DNA from: Camelus dromedarius
Taxonomy: Eukaryota
Length of the DNA stretch: 64,000 bases
Direction: 5' to 3'
NCBI RefSeq assembly: GCF_036321535.1
Contig: NC_087436.1
Location: 88,662,001-88,726,000 of the forward strand
In this document: positions 53,754-64,000 of the stretch, in pieces
Position numbering within the stretch: position 1 is the first letter of the stretch
Layout: each line of letters starts with the position of its first letter
Position numbers and translations under genes: made by a program
The notes under the pieces: model-generated
The model's input: the letters and a program-made list of their open reading frames with translations, nothing else
Database searches by the model: none
Told to the model about the DNA's origin: nothing

Positions 53754-53768
53754 GATTGCTTTCAGCAG
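53754..53768 (+). CDS. CORIN: Candidate 15-nt in-frame microexon of CORIN (DCFQQ)
   Basis: Long pyrimidine tract, TGC motifs, ctgcag| acceptor, perfect CAG|gtaagt donor; symmetric phase 0. Confidence 0.5.
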
Positions 53769-55744
53769 GTAAGTTCAGTAGGTTAACTGTTTTCAACATC
53801 TGTTTATGTTTTACTTTGCGTTGAAATGCCTGAAATGAATCGTTGTAGAGCATAAAATCCATTTTGTCTTGTATATGTTCCCTGATGATTTTCAGCTGTA
53901 GAAAGTCGGTATTTTTTCTCTACTCACTTTGCCAAGCTGTTTCAGTTTTTGAAAGTCACAACATTTCCATTGTTATTGGATCAGTGGCTCAATTAGGTCT
54001 GTAAGATTTGCACAAATTCAACAGCTTCCTTCGTGCTACATGAAAAATAGGCTTCATTTGGAAATCTGTTAGATTCCTCTGGATTATGCCAGAACTTCCT
54101 TATAACCGTAGTCACTTATAATCAGGATGTGAAATTCAAAATATTTTAAAGAGTTAAATGTCAAATATTCAATTTCCTGAGGGATGGATAACCCAACCCT
54201 CCTTTCATCCCCCCCACCCTGGTAGTCTCCATTGTTTCCAAAAAAACATACTGAAAAAAATGACCTTTAAGACTTTTCAATACACGCAGAGAGAGTTCTG
54301 ATATTGTGTCTGCCTTAAAAGGAATCTTTTATTATTTCAAGATTTGTGTCTGCTGTAAAATGATAACGTTGACATACTTGAGATGGGGGCAAAGTCATCT
54401 CAAAAAAGGACGTAGGGTCCTATTTATCTACCTTGTCTAGATGAGGAGTTGCCTGCTGTTTCTTTCCAAGATCATCTTCAGTAACTATCACAGAAATATG
54501 ACCCTCCCACCTTACTCTGAAGAAAATGGGGTTTACCTTAGATAAGGTTCCCCTGTTCCCTTTGAAGAAATCTCCTCACTTGAACAAAAATTATAACTTC
54601 CCTCCAGGGAGACTGAATTGAGCAAACTCCATGCTGTATGTTCGAGAGACATTAGGACTCTTACAGTAAACTTGGAAGAAACATTGTTATTATCATTATT
54701 TTCCTTACTTTTCTTTTGCTTTACCAATTTCATTTTATTGTTGGGATATTTGTGGTTGGAGCAAGACTAACTTTTCAGACTTTATTTACAAATATGGAAA
54801 AATGGTTAGGACAGGGTTATGACTTTATAAGGTCACCTAGATTTTCAGTGGTAGAAACAATATTGTAGAAGTTGCTTCTGAGACATTCCAGTCTTCTCTC
54901 TCATATTTCAGACTTGGGCTAAACAATGCTCCCCTCAAAACAGAAATGCCAAATTAGTATGCTGCCTGGATATTGGATTGTTATTACCTTGTCTTTTTGA
55001 CAGGAAAAATATTTTGTCGGTATTTAGTCTCCACATTGAACAGCCATTCTGGGATGTGTGAATGTAAAACTCGGGGGAGGACTATTTGGTGCTGTTGTTA
55101 TTATGTTAATTTTCAAAGGAGAAAATGTGGGCAGAGGTGTCTTGCAGAACCATGTATTCTGGTGTGAATTGAGTAATTTCATTTTGAAAGAGTGCTTGAG
55201 TTATTTGAACTTTGTATGTTTCAATTAAATGCCAGAAAATGGGATGAAAAGACTTACTGAAAACCAGATGCTTGTTCTTCATGCCTCCTGGGACAATAAA
55301 AACAAACATTACAACAAAAGACATTTGGGTTTGGCATAATTTATTGATGAGTGACTTTGGAGGCATTTTGCTTACTGGTGGAGTGGGAGCTAGTATTATT
55401 GAGGGCTGACAGATGCCTGGTTTGAGAAGTAGGTAAATCACTGTTCTTTTCTTCAATAAATCTACTTTTAATTCACAGACGGAATGCTTTCAAAGTTTAT
55501 TGGGAACAGAGAGGAGAGCGTCTAGCACTGGTAGATTTTCTTCTTATATAAGAGGGTAATGCTGGCGTGTTTTTTCCTCAGTGGGCAGAGAGTGGAGGTA
55601 CATCGGAGAAGCTCCATCTCTAATACACAAAAAACAATTCAGATCACATTTGGGACTGATGGTTGTGTGCGGGATAATATTCCAAGCCAATTATCTATCA
55701 GCAAGTGGGGTCTTAATGTCTGCCTTTTTTTCAAGACTGTGACT

Positions 55745-57660
55745 GTAGATGTTGTATTCCAGGAAGCTCTGAAAGCTGTGGTCTAGAAAGTCAAGCCAAA
55801 TTAACAAACATGGAATCTCTAAATTACCTACTGGGGTTCAGAAAAGGGAATTGCTTTACATTCTGCCTTTTTTGTTGATGAGCTTGAATTATTTTAATAT
55901 ATTATTAATATATTAACATGTGACAGCATAGTATCTTCACCGAGTTTAGAGGGAGCTTTTATGGCTTGTTCGGGCCACACAAGTTGGAGTGACCTTGTCT
56001 TCCTTGTGGGCTGTTCTCTGCACCACTGAGACAGCCAAGTGTGAAGGCATTCGTGGTTTACCACCTTCCTGCCTAAAGGACATGGCTGCCACAAAATGAA
56101 TCTCTAACGAATACACAGTGTGGATTTTCGAAGGCTCTTTCTTAATTGTTTTTAACAATAGAAGCAAATCTTTTGTGGGACAAATAGTCACTGAATTCTG
56201 CCGTAACTTTGTATACAATCCCATCCATTAAAATGTGCATTCTCGTTTTGGTTTAAGACTATTTTGATACTTTGACTTGTTTGTATCATAAACTTCAAAG
56301 CAATTAATAGAATTTTATTGAATTTACCAGATTGACATATGAATTAGGACATACTTAGGATAGTAATATTTGTACATCTGAAATTCACAGATGGTGTTAA
56401 CTAACCATCCTATGTTAACCAAGTCTATATAATTTCATAATTATATTTAGGAATATAATCATTCTGGTATTTCAGAAAATCCATAGTGTAGTGTCACATT
56501 ATACAGGTAGTGTTAACCTTCACATTTCAAAATACTCTGTTGATTAGAAACAGTTTATATACTACTTCAAGTTTGCTTGAACTTTGGTTGTAATTTAAAT
56601 ATATCCTATAATTTAAACATACCCTAATTGAAATAAAAAATCAGCATATCTCTACATCTGATACTGTACCTTAAAAGCACTAAGCTAATAATAATCTCTT
56701 TGTGAATGATATCATTCGGTGAATATTATAACGTCCAGAGCTGTTGTAGGCCGAAATGGCACATGTTTACCAGAACTTTGGAATGATCAAGGAATGGGGT
56801 TTTTTTTGGTTGTTGATTAGATATTAATATACTAAATATTAACTTGAACCTCTTTTCCATCTCAATCTTTACTACTGAAAATGAGTCTTCTTACACTGTC
56901 TTATAGTGTACTAAGCAGAACAAAAACCACATCTTTGAAAACTGATGATCAGGGCCAATACATGCATTGTCCTTTTCAGGGCAAAAGATTGTAAGCTTTA
57001 GAAATTGTAGAAGATGTTACATTTCCTAGAATTCCATGTCATTCTCTGGAAATACTTTATAAGTTTGATCCTTCATGATTTGCTTATTTTCTTCTCATTT
57101 TCCATTTCTCCAAAGATAAAGAATAGAAAACTGTAACTAAAGATTCCAGGTAATTAAAGTCTTATTGGATAATTAGGTTAAGGTTTTAAAGATAATTGTG
57201 ACATGTGAGCTCTAGAAAGAAATGGAAAAATACTACCGACAGGCCATTTCTAAAACGCAGCTCTTACTGTCTAGCTGCAGTGGGTGGTTATCCTCTGTGA
57301 GGCCGTGTCTGGCCTGGGAGGAGGGGCGGACGCATGCAGGGTCAGGAAAAAGTCTGTTTCTTACCCAACAATGGCAGCTCTACTGAGGAATGGATGGCTC
57401 TGAAACTCTTATGATGAGGGCTGCCAGATCTGGTCTTTCATAGGTTTGGGGGCATACAGGGTCAGCCCTGCATGACTCAGTGGGTGAAAGTTTAGTCTGT
57501 CTGTGTAGGGACTGGAGAGTAGATGGTGTATTCTGAAAGCTATGATCTAGAAGTCAAGCCAAATTAATAACCATGGGATCTCTAAATTAGCTACTGGGGT
57601 TTGGAAAAGGGAATTGCTCTAGATTCTGCCTTTTTGTTGATGAGCTTGAATTATTTTAAT
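55745..57660 (+). repeat. ~150-bp dispersed direct repeat (55745-55898 and 57519-57660)
   Basis: Both copies run gtagatg.tgtattc...aagtcaagccaaattaa...gaaaagggaattgct...ttgttgatgagcttgaattattttaat. Confidence 0.92.
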
Positions 57661-57919
57661 CAAATTATTCACAGAGAGTCTCAAATTCCTCATCTGTGAA
57701 TGGGTAGGGTAATACCATCCAACTCGTCGAGCTGTTTTGAGCATTTCCATATGATGAGGCATTTAGAGGCGTGCCTGGTTCCCAGGAAATAGTTTTCTTG
57801 CTGTTTGTTGTTATTAATATTATGATAATTAATAATTATTCATACATGGAGCAGCATTCAATTCCTTATGTTTCTAAGACTCTTCTGACAGTGGGAGAGC
57901 ATACTTAGAAGAGTTTATT

Positions 57920-58640
57920 GATTCATTATTGTAATATTTTTATGGAGTGCCTACTAAAAGCCAGACCCTTTTTAAATACCAGGGCTACAATGGGAAACAA
58001 AACCCAGCGTGGTCCCTAACCTCATGGAGCCTGCAATCTAGCAGGAATAAGCAATATAATCTAATAATCACACAAATACATGTAAATGATAACTGGGACA
58101 AAGGACAGAAAGACCCGAACTAGTCATGGGTCATGAGTTAATGTGTCAGAGTGAGTCCTGAGTGACTCTAGCAGTTTGGGGGTTGGAGGGAGGTCAGTTT
58201 AGGCAGAGTGATTACAGGGAACTGGGAAGAGCCAGATGGCCAGAGGGAAGAGAGGCAGGTCAGCGTGAGTGGTATACAGTGAGCCGAGTGTAGGAGGGGC
58301 AGACCTGGAGGGTCTCCAGATCCTGTCACTCAAAGTTTGGTCCTCATACTGCCAATGTCAGCATCATCTGGGATGCAGGCTCTCGAGCCCCACCCCAAAC
58401 CTCCTGGATCAGACTCTCCTTATATGATTCACAGGCACATTGAAGTTTGAGAAGCACTGTCTTCTATCTCATGTTAGGAAAGCTGGTCTTTGTCTCTTAA
58501 GTTTCTGGAGGGTTTTAAGCAGGGAGGTGACACAACCAAATGAGTGTTTTGAAAAGATCACTTGGGCTACAGTGTGGAGTTCGGAAGGGGACAAGTGAGG
58601 ACATGGGGAAACCAGGCAGGAGATGCTGAAGGAGGTGGAG
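57920..58640 (-). mobile_element. L2 remnant with a nested MER5-like element (~58320-58460)
   Basis: gagtgcctacta...ctcatggagcctgcaatctag; nested ccccaccccaaacctcctggatcagactct...gtttgagaagcactg. Confidence 0.6.
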
Positions 58641-58916
58641 AATGTGGGGTCCCTAAAGGGACTGCAAGATGATTGCCTGTGTTTCCACCAACCTTACTTT
58701 TTATTGTTTGCTTCCTATTAGTCCCTCTTTGAAAACATTTTGGCTATCACACTATATTTAGTGATTTGTAATCAAAAATTGCTAATTTATAATTTACTAA
58801 GTTGTAAATTTTTCTTCTGAATTTATCTTGATTGACGACATATTAAAGCTTCTGATTAGCAGGAGATAATCCCCTGTGGCTACAGTGAGTTGCTGTTAAT
58901 TCTGGTCAAAAGTTAA

Positions 58917-59013
58917 TGAAAATGAATATATGTACATTCATGTATGACTGAAGCATTGTGCTACACACCAGAAATTGACACAACATTGTAAACTAACTAT
59001 ACCTCAATTAAAA
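58917..59013 (+). mobile_element. ~100-bp L1 3' end with TSD aaaagttaa (58908-58916 / 59014-59022)
   Basis: acaccagaaattgacacaacattgtaaactaactatacctcaattaaaaa. Confidence 0.8.
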
Positions 59014-59469
59014 AAAAGTTAACAAACTTGACAGTTACATTACTCAGCATGAAAAGCCTAGATGTATGTATGGTGTTTAAAGAGAACTTTCAATAGTTTG
59101 TTTTCCTCCCTTCCACCAACAGTAACTATATCAAAAACCTAAAACTTCTCTTGGGAAATTTGCTGGCTTTTAATTGTGAGTCATTTATTTGAGACAATAT
59201 ATATCTAGACTGATCCTACTATACACCAGGCACTAGTTAGTTACCTAAGGGATAAAAATAATGGTCTGGGCATATGATATGACTATTTGTTGAATGAATT
59301 AAACATGGATTTTTATCTCCTGAGGTTATAGTTTTAATTTTAATATGTACATACATGACTCTGATCCCAAGTATGCAGTGATAAATACCGTAGTCCACTT
59401 AAAACTGCTTGAGCTGCAGGTGATGGACTATTCAGGTTGACAATGATTTAACAAAAAATAATGCATCCT

Positions 59470-59885
59470 TTTCTCATGTAAATGTAGTCTGAAAGTAAGC
59501 AGAGTGGGTCTGATAGGACAGCTCCACAAATCCATCAGGGATCCAGGTTTCTTGTTTCTTGTTACTCAGCCATCTTCTGCCTACAGCTTTCATCTCTGGG
59601 TCTAAGATAGTTGCTTGATCACCAGCTATTACATCTGTATTCCAGCCAGCAGGAAAGAGGAAGGACAATAGTCTTGGAGACTGTTTCTTGGAAGTCATAT
59701 TTGCCACTTTGAAGTTCATCTCAGGGCCAAGAACTCAGTCTCCTGGCCACACACGACTCCGGAAGAGATTGGGAAATGCTGACTTTATTCTAAATGCTTA
59801 CTTTAGGCTAAAATTTAGGGTTCTGTTTCAAAAATCAAAGGAAAGAATACATGCTGGGAGTCAATTAGTCTCTGCCTCATACTAG
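59470..59885. mobile_element. Old MLT1J-like LTR
   Basis: cagctccac...catcagggatccaggtttc...ccagctattacatctgtattccagccagcagga...gccaagaactcagtc. Confidence 0.55.
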
Positions 59886-61480
59886 AAATTCAGGTGAGGC
59901 AGCGAGAGATTACTTCTGTCTGGGTAATCAAGGAGGGCTTCCAGAACGAGGTGAAGTATGAGTCACTTCTTTAAGGATTTGGATTATGCAAATGAATGTG
60001 GGAGAAATAAAGAGTCTAGAACCATGATTTCCAAACTGTGTGCTGAATTTCCCCAAGGTACTGCAGTGACTCACAGAGGCTGCTGGTTATTTTCAATCTT
60101 TGAGGGAAATCCAGTGATACTTGACATCTGTTGGTTATCAAATGAAATACCAGCTTGAAGTAGTTCAGTTTCAACATTAGATTCTGCTATATTCCTTTTG
60201 ATGTCATTCTATCTTCATAAACTTGGGTTCTTGGTGGTTGCTGTGTAAAAAGTCATACAAGGCAAAAATCCATGTGGCTCAGGCATTAAGTGGTAATAGT
60301 TTCCAACATGATTCTCAGGTTGGAGGTGTTGTGCAGTGCCCAACAGATGCACATGTCTCCTTAGTGCAAGTAATTGTGGTTATTTAAGGATGATATGAAA
60401 ATATTAAAATATTTAAACTTACGTGCAGTGTTTTTTCAAATGGCTACTAAGTTTTTAGGATAAAATTGTTGGACCAGTCTACTTAAAAAATGGAACCATT
60501 AGACATTTCTTTTGGCCTAGGACCTCTGAAAAAAATTACCTGGACAACGATGACACTGTGAACCCAGAATATCTAGGGATCCCTGATTTAGGGGTTAATA
60601 GAGTCAGAAGGCTACTTCTTTTCATGTTCTTAACATAGGTGGTGTTTAAAATTTTTTTTTCTGTAATAAAATCCATAACAATTTGCTTTCTGAGACAAAA
60701 TTTTCTGACTTCAAAGCTCATCATAGGAAATTTGACTGTGAGTTGTACTAATAAATAGTCCTAGTAAAACCTGATTTTATTGATTTTAGTATATTTTCCC
60801 TGAAAGGAAATATTTTTACTATCTTATCAAGTACATTTTCTCCTCCAAGTATTTTTAGATGATTCAAGAGTAGACTTAGTAAGGCATATATCACTGGAAA
60901 AAAAAAGAGTTCTTTGCAAGTTTTGTGTAGGTGATTGAATTTATTTGTTCAACAGATATTAATCCATTCCTGACTGTTCAGGTGCTGTTCTAGATGCTGG
61001 GCGTACACTGATGAGAAAAGGGTAATATTTGCATATAAATAGATAAAACTGAGTTAGTATTATTTGAGTATGCTTTTACAGAAGCAGCAATAAATTTGTA
61101 CTTTCTAGTCCGATCATCTTGAGTGTTTGTTCTTACAGTTTACAATGCATGTTGCAGTCCCATTTCAGTCTGAATATCCCTGAAACTTGTGCTTTCCTTT
61201 CTTTGTCAAATATAATACATCTAGTCTTGATAATTTTTTTTCTATTTTGAAGGTTAATTTTATCTTTGAACCTTTTGTGGAGTAACCGTGTATTACAGAA
61301 ATAATTAGGCAGTTTTATCTGCCTGTTTGCCATCTGCACAGTTATACATCTAGCTTCACTAAGAGCCCTAGTGAAGAGATAATGTGATTTTCTTAAGAGA
61401 ATTTATAATTTAATTTGGTTCTATTACATTTATAGAATTTAAAATTCCAATATATGCAGGTATATAGTGATGCTGTATAT

Positions 61481-61698
61481 CAGGAGTTGGCAAACTTCTG
61501 TGAAGGGCCAGATCGTAAATATTTTAGGCCTGGTGAGCCAGGTGGCTCTGTTGTAACTACTCTGTGCTGTTGCTGTCACAGGAAAGCAGCTCTAACAATA
61601 TACAAATGAATGAACATGGTTGTCTGCCAATAAAACTTTATGTATAAAAACAGGCAGTGGCTGGGTTTGGCCTGTGGCCTATGGTTTGCTGACCCTGA
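61481..61698. mobile_element. MER58A-like hAT DNA element
   Basis: TIR-like ends caggagttggcaaac / gtttgctgaccctg; gaagggccagatcgtaaatattttaggc and ccaataaaactttat. Confidence 0.85.
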
Positions 61699-62619
61699 CT
61701 CTCTATGTAAAATGTAAAATGTATCATGCAGGAGAGTCAGACTGATTGAAAAATCGTTCTTACATAGCCCAACAATCAGAGTGAGGAGTGAGCGTGTGTA
61801 GTTTCCAGCCACTTACACCTACTCGGAATGTGGGGAGTTGTGGAGAGGGGAAGGCTGTTGCCCCTAAGAAGTCACTTGGCTCCTTCTGGGTTGAATGTCT
61901 GCTTTGTCCTAACCTGGTGGTTAGCAGCTATTTCCATGTCTAATATCCCCAGTCAAATGTTTCTGGGTCTTTGGCTTTTCGGTAAGTCCTGCCCCTGAGA
62001 TCAGGAGGGAAAATTCCATTTGAAGGATCCATGGGCAGGTGTCTCCTCGTTCTTGAGCCGTTTTTGCCATTTGCAGCTGTGGAGGTATTCCCAAGAATGT
62101 GCCAGGTGTTAATGAAGTCCAGTGCTGCAGGAAGGCGGAACAGGGTCAAGACTAATGTACCTGAAATACCAACTCTGGTCGCCATGACCTTTGAAATTTT
62201 ACTAAAATGGACTTGAATCCCATCCACTCCTGTGGAAGTCCAAAGCCCTCCCCTAAATCTCTGCCAATCCACTAGGTATGTGGTTCTCTTAATCAGCTCT
62301 GGTTCCAGGCTCTGAATCTCCTGAGTGAGTTAGTTCAGTTTGGGGATCATTTTTCATGTTTTCTTTTTCCATCTTTCAGTGATACACTGCCTCTTTCTCC
62401 CTCTGGCTGTACTGTGGAGGAAAATTAGGGAGTACAAGAATAGATAGAGGTGACCCAGACAAGAGGAGCATTTTCAGGGTTCCAGCGGAGACCTGATGGC
62501 AGTTGCTACTCGTATGCCGGATCTGTGAGGCTGGAGAGCTTTGCTTTGCACAGTGGTGTATCCCGAGTGCCCAAACAGTGCCTGACACAGAACAGGTGCT
62601 CGATGACCTCTTCCTGAGA

Positions 62620-64000
62620 TAGGGAGCCATGGAAGAATACCAGATGTGGGCATGAAGATTATTTGGCTTCAGACCTGTTGGGTTTGGGGTATTTTTGCAG
62701 CCTCCACTGAGGAGACATCCAATGGCCAGTTGTATAAAAGGTCTGGAGCTCAGAGAAAAAAAAATATGCTTGCTACTTAAAAATATAAGTCACACGTGTA
62801 GGGCTGGTGATGCTGTTTGTGTGGATGGCATTGCCTGGAGAAAGTGAATGTGAGAGAAGAGCTTACAGAAAGAGAAGTCAAAGGGGAAAAGAGCTTGAAG
62901 AATATGGGAATGGCTGAGAATTTGATCTGTCAAATGACACTGAGATGTCATTACAAGGATGACTGAAAAATGTCATTTGGATAGAGCAACATGGAGGTCA
63001 TTGGTGACCATAGCAAAAGCTCCTTTGGTGCAGTGACAGAAGTGGGTGTTAAATTGACGTCACGAAGGTAGAGAGTTAAGTGAGGAAATTTGGACAATAA
63101 ATATTAACAACTATCAGATCATTTTGGATGAGAAAGGAGAGAGGACAGTGGCTGAAGTGAGATACAGGCTTGAGGATGGATTGAAAAAATGACTGGGAGA
63201 GACCTTAACATAGTAAAAAGCTGATGGCAGTGGTATAGGAGAAAGAGAGAAAGAGAGGGAGAGGGAGAAAGGTAAATCAAGACTGGATATATGATTCAGT
63301 GGAGAATTAAGATGTGAAATTCCTGACAAGGGAGAAGGAAATGAAGTCGGTGATACACGTGGAAAGGTTAGTCTTGAACAGTAGGAGTCTTAAGTAGCAT
63401 CTCTATAGGAGAGAAGGGTCCATAAACGAGCTGGTGTGTAGGCTGAAATTTAGGTAGGTGAGGCAGTTCTCATTTGATGGTTATTATTCTCTGTGTAGGG
63501 TGGGAATTGGGATGGACCCTCTTCTGAAAGTGTGGGCAGAAGAGTGGGAAAAGGTGATTAGGGGAGAATGAAGACTTTAAATCAGCCATCAAGTAGTCCT
63601 GTTGGGTGACTTTTTACTGCCACATTCAACTGTCCAAGTGTAGATACAGAGAGAGAAGACTGTTGGATTCATCTGGTGTTGGCTTTTACAAGATGGATGA
63701 GAAGAAAATCTGGATGGGTAAGGGGGTTCAGGGCATTAGCAAGAATACCATTGAAATAATGGCCCAAAGACTCTAAAGATGATATGTAAGGAAGTGAAAA
63801 AAGGAGAGAGTTGATATCCTGGGAGAAGATAGAGGGATTAGAGATTCAGGAGGGTCCTGAAGAGTTAGAGAATGACCGTCATGAGAAAAGTTGAATCAGC
63901 AAGCTGGGAGAGAAGTGTAACAGAGTTAAGAATGTAGAAGAGAGGGATGAGAAGGCCTCTCAATGGAGCCAGTGGCTCCAGGTAACCCAGTTAGGCAGAT
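62620..64000 (-). mobile_element. Long degraded L2 LINE
   Basis: gtctggagctcagag, atggaggtcattggtgacc and a purine-rich body typical of antisense L2. Confidence 0.6.

Noticed and set aside
55860..55900. C-box-like TGATGA in the 150-bp duplicated unit suggesting an intronic snoRNA pair
   Set aside because: No downstream D box (CTGA) or terminal stem within the duplicated unit.
61940..62272. 110-aa minus-strand ORF and a + strand donor-like CG|gtaagt at 61981/61982
   Set aside because: GTG start, no recognisable homology, and no convincing paired acceptor; not corin exon 2.

Overview
Mammalian genomic DNA, most likely a camelid: the lineage-specific SINEs are tRNA-Ala(AGC)-derived and resemble the camelid Vic-1 type. 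It is not prokaryotic, and almost all ORF-track entries are spurious or LINE-1 remnants. The + strand carries the last 11 coding exons of NFXL1 (4175-27428; all GT-AG and phase-consistent, including a 22-nt microexon) and its 3' UTR. About 5.5 kb downstream, also on +, is the CpG-island promoter of CORIN with two alternative first exons: a short one (ATG 33905, MFSTKRPPALAPEERYRPARAPER) and a long mouse-type one (34209-34484) whose frame is intact but starts at GTG instead of ATG. The remaining ~30 kb is CORIN intron 1; I did not find exon 2 in the window. The best leads all concern alternative cytoplasmic tails for corin: the GUG-initiated long exon, a 15-nt in-frame microexon candidate with strong splice signals (53754-53768, DCFQQ), and a 36-nt stop-containing cassette candidate (42644-42679) inside a second GC-rich island. 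There are also three short local duplications and many L1, L2, MIR, MLT1, MER and SINE elements. Gene identities rest on my recall of human and mouse proteins, not on a database search. Repeat boundaries and subfamilies are approximate.
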